This document shows, in pieces, positions 37,236 through 49,736 of a stretch of DNA of 64,000 nucleotides. Every line of letters begins with the position of its first letter. Positions within the stretch are counted from its first letter, which is position 1. A program made the position numbers and the translations under genes. Location: NCBI RefSeq assembly GCF_032191835.1, contig NC_083237.1, positions 66,836,001-66,900,000 on the forward strand, read 5' to 3'. The stretch is from Heteronotia binoei (Eukaryota). Below the pieces are notes generated by a model. That model was given only the letters and a program-made list of their open reading frames with translations. It ran no database searches and had not been told where the DNA came from.

Positions 37236-38156
37236 GTAGGTCTGCAGGTGTCCCGTTCTCACTCCTTTCGTGAAAAGGTTGGGTGTAAAATCTGGGTTCT
37301 GCGTCTGGAACAAGCTAATATGTCTGCATGAATGTTCTTCTTTTATGCTCTCAAGAAACATCCTTATCAGTGAGGAGTGGGGACAAATATGGAAGCTGGG
37401 GCTGATCTGGCTGTAGAGACGAGGGAAATAGTGACAGTGTAGAGCAGCGGAGACAAGCACTTGGATCCACTGGCAGTGTCTGTTGCAGTTTCCTTGTCTT
37501 CCAGGGCTCCCTCCACCCCAGCCCAAATTGCTATCTGAAATGCTGCTCTTGGGGAAAATGGGACCTTGTTGCGGGGGGAGGGGTTTGCTGTAGGCGGGGG
37601 AATTAGCAAAAATTGCCCCACTCTCCTGTTTGTGGAAATCCTCTGTTAAATCAGACTCCTGGATCTGGGTGGGATTCTGGAAGTTTCAATGGCTGCCCTC
37701 ACTTTGAAGGAAGGACAGGAATAAGGCATATTTGGATTTTTTTCCCCTTCATCGTCTCAACTATAACGGCTAGAAATTTGCTTGAAGAATAGAAAAAAGG
37801 CAAACGGATTCCCAGAATGCCAGATTTTGTGGCAAGTGCTAAATCCTGCGGCTTTGTGTCTGTACAATATAGCATGCCATGTTTGAAGCTAGAGGCAAAA
37901 ACTCTCCAGGGCGTTGAAACTGCGGAGGGAGACATTTTGCCCTGCATGGGTCTTTTGTGACGGGAACATTTTGAGGAAGGTCTTCTGTGAAGGGAGACCC
38001 TGATTGTGCAAAAGATAAGCCAAGCAGACCACCATCTATGCCTTATTCCAGCCAACGTTCCAGTGAAGTGTGATTGCTGCTCTGTTTCCTGAGTGAAGCT
38101 GTGTGGATCCAGGACAAGCCAAGCCAAGCCAATGCCTATTCCCTTTCTCCTGGCAG

Positions 38157-38285
38157 ATGGCAGAGTTCCCTCTGGAGCCCATGCTGTGCAAGATGCTCAT
38201 CATGTCTGTGCACTTGGGGTGCAGTGAGGAGATGCTCACCATTGTCTCCATGCTCTCTGTGCAGAATGTCTTCTACCGGCCCAAG
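38157..38285 (+). CDS. DHX8: DHX8 exon 20 (129 nt; [14 protein letters not shown]...FYRPK)
   Basis: ggcag|ATG...AAG|gtaaat. Confidence 0.97.
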
Positions 38286-38972
38286 GTAAATAGGAGAAGG
38301 GGTCACCCTCTGCAAGGTTGTCACATGCAGGGGACCAGGGAGGGCCTCTGCAGGCTGCCACCACTCTGGTACCGGTCTGTCTGGGAGGGCGCAAAATACC
38401 CATCCGACCCCTACGCCTTCCTTCTCAGCAAGTACTTTTTATCCATGACCAAAGAGACATGAGGGCTTAGGCAGTATAACAACAATAAGTTTATTGTAAG
38501 TGCTCAAGAACAAACAAGTGGGCTGTAAAATCATTAGTGCAATAATGAAATAGGAAAAGGCAGTAAAAGATGATACAAAGAAAATTAAAAGCCTTGACAC
38601 AGCTAACTATATGTTCCTCTTCTTCTGATTCTAACTCACTCGCCCCTCTTTGGATGGGGAACTCTCCTGCTGCAGCCTCTCTTCAGCTCAGCGCTTCCAA
38701 AGAAGAAGAAGAAGAAGAAGAAAATGATATTGGATTTATATCCCAAAGAGAACACTCCTCCCTCTTTAGCTACTCCAGTTTTAATTCTGCAGTCAAGGAG
38801 ACTACACACACACACACATACACTCACATTTTTTTTTTGCCAGCATGCTTGTTAAACTTTTCAGACTGGCAGCATGTTGGCAGAATTCAGGTTTTCATGG
38901 CTGGTAACATCATTAGGGTTTGTAGAATCTTTCGGGATCAAGTGCCGTGTTCTACTGGAGAAAGTTTTCCTT

Positions 38973-39013
38973 CCAGACGTTTCGTTCTCAGCTGCGGAGA
39001 ACATCCTCAGTGG
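38973..39013 (-). ncRNA. Minimal type I hammerhead ribozyme motif
   Basis: CCA-CUGAGGA-U-GUUCUC(CGCAGCU)GAGAAC-GAAACGUC-UGG: both core boxes, 6-bp stem II, palindromic ACGU helix III, 3-bp stem I. Confidence 0.75.
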
Positions 39014-39151
39014 CGTTGCAGCCGGAGCAGGCGCTCAGACCTTCTTGGCTGCTGGCCCCCTCCAGCCTAGAAATAGCAGCTCTCCAGCAGCCCTGGCCCC
39101 ACTCAATGCGCAGCAGCCAAGAAGGTCTGAGCGCCTGCTCCGGCTGCAACA

Positions 39152-39192
39152 CCACTGAGGATGTTCTCCGCAGCTGCGAACGAAACGTCTGG
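39152..39192 (+). ncRNA. Minimal type I hammerhead ribozyme motif (sense to DHX8)
   Basis: CCA-CUGAGGA-U-GUUC...GAAC-GAAACGUC-UGG; predicted cleavage after C39189; one stem II substitution. Confidence 0.7.
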
Positions 39193-39355
39193 AAGGAAAA
39201 CTTTCTCCAGTAGAACACGGCACTTGATCTCGAAAGATTCTACAAACCCTAATGATGTTGGCAGAACTTGAGGGTCGTCATTTATAAGGTGGAGTCTTTG
39301 CTGATCTGGCTCAGTAAGATTCTGATTGGTGAATGTTGACTACTTATCTGTGTAG

Positions 39356-39552
39356 GACAAGCAAGCTCTTGCTGACCAAAAGAAAGCCAAGTTCCACCAG
39401 ACTGAAGGGGACCACCTCACACTTCTGGCTGTCTATAACTCCTGGAAGAACAACAAGTTCTCCAACCCCTGGTGCTATGAGAACTTCATCCAAGCCCGCT
39501 CACTGCGCCGGGCACAGGATATTCGTAAGCAAATGCTGGGCATCATGGACAG
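39356..39552 (+). CDS. DHX8: DHX8 exon 21 (197 nt; [24 protein letters not shown]...IMDR)
   Basis: tgtag|GAC...AG|gtgagt. Confidence 0.97.
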
Positions 39553-40579
39553 GTGAGTTGCCTGGCTGTGGACGGGTGAAAGAGGCTTATTTAAGCTTAG
39601 GATCAGATGTTCCAAAACTGGACTTACCTTCTTTGCGGTGCTTGTTAATGTGGAGTCTTGCTCTCCATTCAGAATGAACAGCAGTTTGAATAGCTTTTTA
39701 CATCTGTGCACTCAGTGTGGTGGGCCACTTAACCACACAGCCCACAATTCATTAGCTTGCCAGGATCATTGAGGGGCAGGTCTTGCATCATTTGAAGTAG
39801 GCTCCACTACAAAGTTTGTGTTCTTTTTGGCATCTGTACAACTATTTTTTATTTTAGTAAATTTCTATTCTGCCCATTCCCCGTAGGGCTCAGGGCAAAG
39901 TACAACATATAAAACAATAAAATACAATAAAAACATTTTATAAACGGACAACTCAACAGCACTCAGATTACCATGACATCGCATATTGCCCAGCCTAGCC
40001 AGCTAGCAGCATTAATCTCTTTGGCACATATAGGGTTGAGCTGTAGCTCCTTGGGAGCAGTATGAGAGCACATTAAGTTGGGAGTGTTTTTGCACCTGCA
40101 TGGTTGGTGACATTAATTTGTTGTTCTGACACGTGATCAGCACTTGCTAAATCGAAGTACAGTTCCTAGGCGGCAGTGCAGAAATGTGCAAACCCCTTGA
40201 CTTTGGGAGTTGGGAAGGGAAATGGACAAGACTTGGGATGTTGATGGGTCCACACCGGCATTCCCCCATCCATCCACCCCAGAATGCTCCCGATGGGCAA
40301 GGAAAACACATTACTTTTGAGCTGATTTGTCTGGTCCATTAAGCCAAATGAATGGGGGAGGGGACAACCATAGCAAAGTTGTGTGAGAACACAAACCACA
40401 GAACCAAACACTGAGTGACTCAGTTGTAGTTGGCAGAACTGGAATAAAGAGGTGCATCATACAGCTTCTTTCAGTGCAGCGACAGATAAGGGAAAGGAAA
40501 ATCAGCATGAGAATACTCAGGTGCAAAACATTAGAAATTCAGTTTTGAAGCCCAAAAAGCAGCTGAATACCTTTTCCAA

Positions 40580-43033
40580 GTTCAAGGGCGCTGGAAAAAT
40601 GGGTGATGAGGGAGCATTCCTGCTTGGGACAGGGATCCTGCAGGTACTTTTGGAATACTTCGAGAGCATAGTGGCCACCACCACCAAATGGCTGCCATTC
40701 AGTCAAGATTGGCTCTTTACTTTGGTGAGGAAGCACTCTTTGGTTTTCATTTCCAGAGAAAGAGTTAGCTCCCTGCAAGGCCAGGCCACAGAGAGGTTGC
40801 AAGTATATAACATTCATGCTGATGATGCGGCATCCTTGCTCACCAGAGACCTGGTGTCATCCATAGAGACACTAGGGCTCTCCCAATTTGTATTGACTCC
40901 CACACATAGAGCGGGTCACACACTGGATTTGATTTTTGTGGCAGGGATTAGTGTTGATCTGGAAACTGCTGAGTCGGTTCCATGGTCAGATCATCTCACT
41001 TTGAAGGTCCAGGTAGACATGCTTAACCCTCCCTGTTTAGGCAGCGAGCAAATTTATGCTTACCTGCGGAGACAAATGGACCCTAGATGGATTCAGGAAG
41101 CTCTGCGAGATCCAATGCCCCCTGGCACCTCATTGGATAATCTGGTGGAGGACTGGCATTGCCGGTTCTCTGAAACCATCAACAAGATTGCTCCCCGGCA
41201 CCCTCTCGGAGCTCGTGCCAAAATGGCTCTGTGGTACAACCCAGAGCTACAGCAGATGAAATGGGAGCTGAGACAGCTAGAGTGAAGGTGGCAGCGTATC
41301 CATGATGAGGCGACAAGAGCATCTTATAGGATTTTTATGAAATCCTAGGAGATGGCAGTGAAGGTTGCTAGAAAAGCTTTTCTACGCAGCCTCCATCGCG
41401 TCTTCGAGCTCCCACCCAGCTCAGTTATTTAGAACTATTCAGTCATTAACTGCCCTGCCTCAATGTGGGCAAAATCGTAGGGAATTGGCTATTGGCTGCT
41501 GGCTGCGAGGCATTCATGATTCATTTTGCAGGGTCTTGTTGCTCCACCGGGACCTTCTGGCCGCAATTAAAACAGTAAGAGAACTGGAGGCCCCTTGTCC
41601 ATCTTCTGGCACTAGTTTGGGCCATTTCACCCAACTCTCTTTGGAAGATGTTGACAGTCCTGGGAGCTGTAAGGCCCACCACCAGCCTTCTGGACTCATG
41701 CCTGTCCTGGCTGGTGAAGGCCTGCGGGGAAGGTGCTCACGCCCCCCTGGAAGAGATAATCAGCTTATCCCTGTCATTAGGGGTCTTTCCAGCAGGGTTG
41801 AAGGAGGCAGTGGTAAGACCGCTCCTAAAGAAACCATCTTTGAACCCTCTGGTCCTGACCAACTACCGCCCAGTGTCAAATTTGCCGTTCCTGGGTAAGG
41901 TTGTTGAGCAAGTGGCAACCAGGCAACTCCAGGCCTACCTGGATGAAGCATCCACCCTAGATCCGTTCCAGTCTGGATTCTGCCCTGGTCATGAGGTGGA
42001 GACAGCATTGGTTGCCCTCGCAGATGACCTCCAGAGACACCTGGATCAAGGCGGGTCTGTGCTGCTGTTGCTTTTAGATCAAACGGCGGCGTTCAGCTTG
42101 GTCGACCATGATTTGTTGGCCCACCACCTCACCAACATCAGAGTTAGGGAGACTGCCTTGCAGTGGTTTTACTCCTTTCTCCAAGGTTGGGGACAGGGTG
42201 GTGATTGGTGCGTCAGTCTCCCAGCGGTACCCGTTGGAATACGGAGTGCCACAGGGGGCAGTCCTCTCACCAATGTTGTTTAACATCTATATGCACCGCT
42301 TCACCCCGTTGGTATGGAGGTATGGACTGGGATGTCACCAGTATGCAGATGACATCCAGCTCTATCTCTTGATGGACGGCCATCCAGACTCTTCCTCAGT
42401 AGATCTTGATTGGGCATCGGAGGCTGTGGCTGGATGGCTCAAACAGAAACTTAATCCATCTAAGACAGAGCTCCTGTGTCTGAGCTGGTTCTGGATTTGG
42501 GCTCCTCAGTGGGGCAGTATTAGGGTTAGAAGCCTTGGGGTGATCCTGGATGCTTTGCTTTCTGTGGAGGGCCAGGTCACAACAGTTGCCAGATCTGCCT
42601 TTTGTCATCTTCGGAGGGTCAGGCAACTGATTTCTTTCCACTCAGGATCTTGCCAGTTACCCACGCAATGGTCACCTCCAGGATAGACTACTGTAATTTG
42701 ATGTATGCGGGCTTGCCCTTGAATCTGATCAGGAAACTCCAGCTGGCGCAAAATGTGGTGGCACGCCTACTGACTGCGATGCACGTATTCAGCCGGTGCT
42801 TTCCCAGTTGCACTGGATACAGTTGAGTACTGGGTCCGTTTCAGGATAATGGTGATGATCTTTAAAGCCCTTAACGGCCTGGGACCAGCATATCTTAGGG
42901 ACCACCCCTCCCCATATACCGTTCCCCCGGAGAGCTCTGCACTCTGCTGAGCAACTTCTTATGGTTGTCCCTGCCCCAAAGGATGTCTGCTTAGCCTCAA
43001 CTAGGGCCTGGGCCTTCTCCACCCTGGGCCTAC
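40580..43033 (+). mobile_element. L2 LINE, degenerate ORF2 (EN C-terminus, RT, thumb)
   Basis: PTHRAGHTLDLIF/WSDH (EN); NYRPVSNLPFLGKVVE, FQSGF, GVPQGAVLSPMLFNIYM, YADDIQLY (RT); frameshifted. Confidence 0.9.
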
Positions 43034-43699
43034 TGTTCAAAACAGTGAAAATGAAATTTTGGTTTGAGCTGAACTTTGTCGTTCCAGGTCTAAGCAGTCT
43101 GTCAGTGTGAACTGACAGGCATCAGTTCCAAAATGTCAGACAGTGGAGGTTCAGAGTAAGCGGACTTCCATTGGTTACAATGTTAAGGCGTTTATTTGAT
43201 AACTCAAAGGTTCTGAACAATGAAGCATTGGAACTGATGCCCGTTGTCGGGAACATGAATGCTTTAACCAACATACATCATACATCAAATCTACATTCTC
43301 ACACTACCAGGATACATGTAACACCTTCGCTTCTCCTTATCTCTTGCGGTTCCCTTTCTCACGGAAGAGCCCTGCTGGCTTTCCTTGAGGCATGTTGTCT
43401 TCAAAGGGTTGTTGCTTTTGTTAGTACCAGGGAGTGGAATTCTCAGCAGGGGTTAATGACATCTCTGTCTCTGCTTTGGTATGCAAGGCCTCTGCTTCAT
43501 GGTTAGTAGCAAATGTTCACAGATGGAGTTGGTTAGGTCAGGCTATACATTGTATTTTAAGCATACATAACCTAACATAATATCAAAGCTTTCCAGTGAC
43601 TGACACAGTGGGCAGAGTGGTGCGATATTCATAGGGTGAAAGCCTAGACTGCAAGACCTGCTTCCTTTGCGTCCTGAACTCTTCCCTCTTGTTCGGCAG

Positions 43700-43879
43700 G
43701 CACAAGTTGGACGTTGTATCTTGCGGAAAAGCCACAGTGCGAGTCCAGAAGGCCATCTGCAGTGGCTTCTTTCGGAATGCAGCCAAGAAGGATCCCCAGG
43801 AGGGCTATCGGACCTTGATTGACCAGCAGGTGGTCTATATCCACCCCTCAAGTGCCCTCTTCAACCGCCAGCCCGAATG
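43700..43879 (+). CDS. DHX8: DHX8 exon 22 (180 nt; OB-fold, YIHPSSALF)
   Basis: ggcag|G...TG|gtaagg. Confidence 0.97.
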
Positions 43880-44575
43880 GTAAGGAGTGGGGATGAGCAG
43901 AGGTTTACCCACAATGCACTGAGGGTTTGCCGCCTTTGTGCTGAGTGTCTGGAGAGGAGCACTATGATTGCTGGTGATTTGGGGAGGGGAGGGATCTGGC
44001 AATCTGTTGCCGCCTCTTGTAGAACATTGTCAGGATTGAAGTATTTTTAAACTGAGTTATCACAGTGAGTTAACACATAGTTGATTACTTGACATTTTTT
44101 AATAGACCTGCCCAATGTTCATTTAACCTTTCCAGCCAGTCTAGAGAGGGGTTTCCTTCTGCCAAGATAATGTGGTGCTTGTAACATACATACGCTTAAA
44201 CAGTGTATGAACAGAACCAAAAAAATCTGAAAGTAGATTCCCCCTGAAAAAGCTGCATGTGAAACACGTTAAGGGGGTTATACAATTATTAAAGGTTCTG
44301 TTTCCCTTTGCACCAATTAATTTCTTCACCTCTGTTTTGCCTTGGTGCGGGTCCCTTTTCTCCTCACTTGTAACTTCTGCGTTTCTTCCTCACTTATGAG
44401 AGCAGGATTGGCTGTTAAAGGAGGCAGCCCCTGAACAGAAGAGGGTTGACTGTCCTCAGCTTCAGATCTCTCATAACCCATTTCCATAGCCTGGCTTTAG
44501 ACTGGGGATGTGCTAAAGTGGGCATATTCCTCCTTGGCTCAGAATGTGTGGTCTGAAGCAATAGAATAAGGTTAG

Positions 44576-44645
44576 AATCCAGTAAGACCAACAGCATTTT
44601 ATTCCAGGTATGAGCTTTCACGTGCACAACACACTTCTTCAGATG
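44576..44645 (-). mobile_element. Penelope-like family 2 fragment with hammerhead-like core
   Basis: Minus strand reads CTGAAGA-A-GTGTG...CACGT-GAAAGCTC-ATA. Confidence 0.5.
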
Positions 44646-44726
44646 AAATGAAAGGGAAGCCTATACGTTTGAATGGTTTTACTTCCATTGCGTTCCGTCT
44701 GAAGATTTGTGCCGTGTGGTGTTGAA

Positions 44727-45064
44727 CACATGAAGCTGCCTTATACTGAATCAGACCCTTGGTCCATCAAAGTCAGTATTGTCTACTCAGACTGGCAGCG
44801 GCTCTCCAGGGTCTCAAGCTGAGGATTTTCACACCTATTTGCCTGGACCCTTTTTAGTTGGAGATGCCGGGGATTGAACCTGGAACCTTCTGCTTCCCAA
44901 GCAGATGCTCTATCACTGAGCCACAGCCCCATTCATGGCTCTCCAGGGTCTCAAGCTGAGGTTTTTCACACCTATTTGCCGGGACCCTTTTTTGGAGATG
45001 CCGGGGATTGAACCTGGGACCTTCTGCTTCCCGAGCAGATGCTCCACCACTGAGCCACCATCCC
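44727..45064 (-). mobile_element. SINE family A: one full copy plus a tandem 5' partial copy
   Basis: Head and 5' body repeated (44727-44930; 44935-45064). Confidence 0.85.
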
Positions 45065-45117
45065 TTATATGTGTGAGAGAGAAGGTTTTGCAAACTAACC
45101 AGCCATTCCCTCCCCAG

Positions 45118-45337
45118 GGTGGTCTACCATGAGCTGGTGCTCACCACAAAGGAGTACATGCGGGAGGTCACCACCATTGATCCCCGCTGGCTGGTGGAGT
45201 TTGCGCCAGCTTTCTTCAAGGTTTCCGACCCCACAAAGCTGAGCAAGCAGAAGAAGCAGCAGCGCCTGGAGCCACTTTACAACCGCTATGAGGAGCCCAA
45301 TGCCTGGAGGATATCACGGGCATTCAGGCGCCGGTGA
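45118..45337 (+). CDS. DHX8: DHX8 exon 23, coding part (220 nt; [16 protein letters not shown]...ISRAFRRR*)
   Basis: ccccag|G; ends in TGA; matches the DHX8 C-terminus. Confidence 0.97.
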
Positions 45338-45957
45338 GCCCTTTTCCGGCATGCCAAGAACTGTCAGAGATCCTGAGGTCAAGCCCCTGAGGAGTATCGA
45401 GCTAACCCAGCCGGCAAGCAGCAGTTTACAGTTCGAATGACAGGAGGCGAAGAAAAGCAGCTTGCAGCCAGCATCATATTTGCTGCCGTGGTTGATTCTG
45501 AGACACTTCTGTTTGGAAAGAAGATGTTCTGCACCTCTATTTCCACCATGTCTGATGAGCAACAGGTGCTGTGTAATTTTGGATCTCCTTGGTTAGGAAA
45601 GGCCTAATGGAATTCCAGGTTTCTTGTTGCTCATAGAAGTCAGTTCGGAGAAACACCTGCTTCCTGTTTTGTGATTTTTGCCAGGAATTCTGGCGTCTTC
45701 TTTCCCCACATCTAGGCTGGTCTCCTGCTTTAGAACAACCTGGTAGCAGCGCTATCAGATGGCTGTGATTTTGGAGACATTGAGAAGGCTGCCCGTGTGG
45801 TAGAGGGTGGCATGTGGTCTGTGTCCATGTCTTTCAGAAAGGCTTTGGTAATTACGCTTTACTAACTTTGAGAAAACTTTCCTCCACACTTGCCACAAAA
45901 CTGTACTTACTCTTGTTTTTGATCCAAAACCTTTTCAAGCAGGTTTTTACGAGAGAA

Positions 45958-45963
45958 AATAAA
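45958..45963 (+). terminator. Candidate DHX8 polyadenylation signal AATAAA
   Basis: AATAAA about 620 nt after the stop codon; cleavage site not verifiable. Confidence 0.5.
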
Positions 45964-46713
45964 GACAAATCTACAAGCACTGTCGACATGACATGATCCA
46001 TTTGCATATGTTGAAAATCTTTGATGCCGGTAGGTGGGAATTCAACTGTGGTATTATTCCTCTAGTACCACAGTAGTAAAACTGGACTTTTGATGAAGTC
46101 AGTAAGCATTCCATGTGTGTGATTCCTGTATAAAGTAGTAGCCAGGACAACACAGCTGCTGACCAAAGTTCACTCTCCTCTTGTCAGTTATCCTGCAGTC
46201 TAGAAACTGGTTTCCATCTCTTCTCTGCTTTGTCCTTTTGTCAGAAGTGCTGGGGAAATAGTCACTTGACCACTCCTTCTGAAAACCACCTAACTCTGCC
46301 CTGCCCCTTCAGTATCTCAGTCTAGAGGTAACAAAAATCCTACCTACCTTCCATGCTAACATGGTTGGTGCATATAAGCATTATTTACACTTCAGTTCAC
46401 TTCTCATGATCTTTCTGCAAAGAGTGGGTGGGAAGAAGAATGTCTGACACCTTAGTAAGTACTGGATTCCCCTAGGCAGGAAACCTCAATTGCAAACATT
46501 AAGTTTTGTGACTGAAATACATTATGCTAATAAGTGAAAATGTGTTTGTTTTTTAAATTATTTTATTAAGCAGACCATTTTTTTTTTTGGATGAAATGAG
46601 GCAAAATATCTCGCGCTTCTAGTGTAGTTCCACCTAGCACAAAGAACAAGCTGCATCAACTGAGTCAAAGGAGTCTTTCTTGTAAGTATTAATGGATGTG
46701 CAGGTTGCTATTG

Positions 46714-46878
46714 TAAGAACATGAGTGGTCCATCTAGTCCAGCATACTGTTTCACACTGGCCAACGAACAGGGCCTAGAGGCCAAAGCCCTCCCCTACTG
46801 TTGCCTCCCATCATTGGTATTCATTGGTATTTGCTGTCTTTGAACACAGAGGTTCTCTTTAGTCACCATGGCAAGTAT
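46714..46878 (-). mobile_element. CR1 3' UTR fragment
   Basis: TAAGAACAT terminus; ggtccatctagtccagca motif. Confidence 0.55.
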
Positions 46879-48866
46879 AGATGCCTAGTTGTGACAGGCA
46901 GCAGGAATATGCATGCTTAGAGGCAGTGCATATGTGTGGCAGCTAATGGAACTCAGATGGGGGAACTGCAGCTAACTGGAAAAAAAGGGGGTCAGTTAGA
47001 CAACTGGAGAAAGCAGTTGGAGAGAAGAGGAGATCGGATGAAGAAGGGAGAGGTTTCTTGAGGCGCTTTCTCATGTAAGGAAAGCCTAATAAAGCAAAGG
47101 CTACGTTAGAGCCAGTATGGAGTGGCTTGGAATATATGAGAGACTCTGGTGGGAGATTGTTCCCAAAAGTATCCACAGCCTCTGTGTGTGTAGAACAAAG
47201 GATCACATTTTGAGAAGCAAAATAGTTCTCCTGTATTAAGCTCACCGCCCAGTGAGAGAAGACTGGGTAGTAGAAGAGCAGGATTTGGCAAAGCCCGTGC
47301 AGTAGCATTGAAAGGCCCTCAAATGCCAAAGTCCCTGGTTGTTTATCTTAAAGAGGAGATAATAACAGTCTTGCCAGAGAAAAGGGGTCTAGAGGGAAGA
47401 CCTTAGTCTTAACCAAAAGGACAACGCTGAGTACAATCTCAAGACTGTAGGATTATCAGGTTTAAAGTTATAAAGGAAATCTGTGCCAAACAACCTCTAA
47501 GCATTAGAACATCAGCTAAAACTTCAGTGAAAGTCAATAACTATAAAACCATCCATCTCTTATGAAGTCGGGAATCTCAGAGGCACATTCGGTGTTTATT
47601 TTTAACTGTCTACCTACATATTCCTAATCTTATGTAACAATCAATCCCCTTTCCTGCCAGCCTGTTCAAATAAACCAAAAGTTGTTTAAATCTTTCTTGT
47701 GCCTACCAAGAACAACCTGCTTTCTGAAGGGTAATTTTGACAATTGAAGCAACGGCAGGGTGATTGTTTTAGTGGGGTGATTATATATGAGAGACTCTGC
47801 TTAGTTACTCATTGATTACAGAAGTACTTCCTTTCAGCCATCTTGAATCTATTGCCCATCAACTTCACTGGGTGCCTCTTGGTGGAGGAAGGGTCCCTTG
47901 TAAGGGTCACCTGTATTTGTCATGACCTTTCAGCCCCAGGGGCTCCGGATGGCACACACCACTCTTTCCCTCCTTTTCACCCTCTCAAGAGTCCTGTGTG
48001 GCAGGTGACTCAAGACTTCTCCCTTTGTGCTATATTGAATGGTGATAGTTCTCGCAGGGCTTCCCCCCTTTAAAAATACATAGTTGCTTTTCCCCTTTGC
48101 TCTTTCCCCCCGTTTTTTAAAAAACGGATGAGTTATCCTGCAGGCATCCAGAGTCTTGAGCTTGCCCTGCCTCTACCCCTAGCGCAGAGGTTGCAGCTTT
48201 GGGAAGCTGGCAGCTGACAAGGCCTTGAGCTGGGTCCGTCTCACGGGGAAACCCACTTGGGAAGATCTGCTGATCAAGAGCCATGCCAACTTTCCCGAGA
48301 GGAGGTTGTGCTGTATTGGGGGACAAGACTTAGAAGAGCCACAGGGGGCTCCTGCGCCGCTGAGCATTACTCCACAGAACTACTAAAGTCATTGTGAGGA
48401 ACACCGTCAGAGGCTTTTCTCGGGAGGTGACTTTAAATTTCTCCCCTGTCTGGTCACCTTCCCTCAGTCCCTCAGTAACACTCCCAGAAATCCTGTCAGA
48501 ACTAGTAATAATTGGCACCAGACGGTTTTAACGTTAACAACCACAAAGTATTTATTAGGTAGCAAAAGGCAAGGAGGGGGATGAAATCCCCATTTCTGAA
48601 CTTCATGACCCCTATTCCAGACTCTGCCTTGCAACCTGTGACATTTGGACTTTTGATTCTGCTTTTTCAACCTGAACTTTGCTGACCAGTGGCCTCAGAC
48701 TGCCTTGACTCTGCTTTGCTGAACAACCCATGAACTCTGGTTGCTGGGTGATGGCTGGTTGTGGTGACCATCTTTTTCAGACCATGCGGCCATCCAAGTT
48801 AAAGGTACAATAAGGGAGCAATCCTGCACTTCGTGAGCTTTAAATGCCTTCTGTAGTGCTTGTAAC

Positions 48867-49426
48867 CAGCGTTCCCTCTAAGCTGAGTTAGTGTGAGTTA
48901 GCTCACAGTTTTTTAGCCTCTGGCTCACACGTTTATGTATTAGCTCAGGGAAAATGGCCCTGTTAAGGGGCCTCACCATTTTTATGCTTCTGTATGCTGA
49001 AATACTTTTGTGTGTTAAGAATGGGGGCGGGGGGAGTTGTCTGGTGCTTTCTTTGCTGTGTCCATTTGCAACAGTCACAAGTATCCATTTAAGCCCTGTG
49101 GAAGGAAGTGAAGCCACTGTCCCAAGACCACGTTATCTCATCCCAGAGGCAGCTCACATTGCTTGATGTTTAGAGTATGAAACGTGTTGGTGGGAACCAG
49201 TTTGTACTGCTTTATGCAGGCTTTTTTTGCATTGTTATTTTGGTGGGCTGCATAAGCCCCAGATAAGGTATAAGTACCGGTCACCCCCAAAGGTGAGCCA
49301 GTTCTGACAGACGTGTATTGCTACTGTTTTTGTCTATCAGTAAGGCCATCTTTCTGACTTTAATGCCAGGAGCTCGCAAAGTATAATTTTTGCTCACAAG
49401 ACTCCATAGCTTGGATGGAGTATTGC
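48867..49426. mobile_element. hAT-like MITE (same family as 9848-10041) with about 400 nt of extra internal sequence
   Basis: Left TIR CAGCGTTCCCTCTAAGCTG; right half homologous to 9960-10041. Confidence 0.65.
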
Positions 49427-49736
49427 TTGTAACATCTAGCTAGGGCATGTATAGGAACCAGGGAAAGAAGGATGCATTTCTAAACACAGTTCTGTTGTTC
49501 CTCCATTAGCTGACCTGTGCTATGCTTGTAACATTTAACTTTTAAATAAATATTTTAATCTTTTGATGATGGTAGTGGATCTCTGTACCACAACGTTTTC
49601 CCAAATGCTTTTGGGGGACAGTATTTTTGCAAGAGGGACCCCCCCACAGCTTTATAATAGTGAAACTCATAATAGTGAGTTTCTGGGGGTAAACAGCTAT
49701 GAGGGGAAACCCTTCCCGGAGCTTCCGTCACCTTAG

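Larger units (their letters stand above)
38886..39254. mobile_element. Penelope-like head-to-head inverted insertion (family 1)
   Basis: 149-nt arms 38906-39054 and 39111-39259, 56-nt spacer; direct repeat ATGTTGGCAGAA at 38874-38885 and 39255-39266. Confidence 0.8.

Noticed and set aside
38700-38755. (GAA)n poly-Glu coding stretch
   Set aside because: It is the reverse-complement tail of a Squam3/L2-type element (GAAGAA...TATTGGATTTATATCCC), intronic
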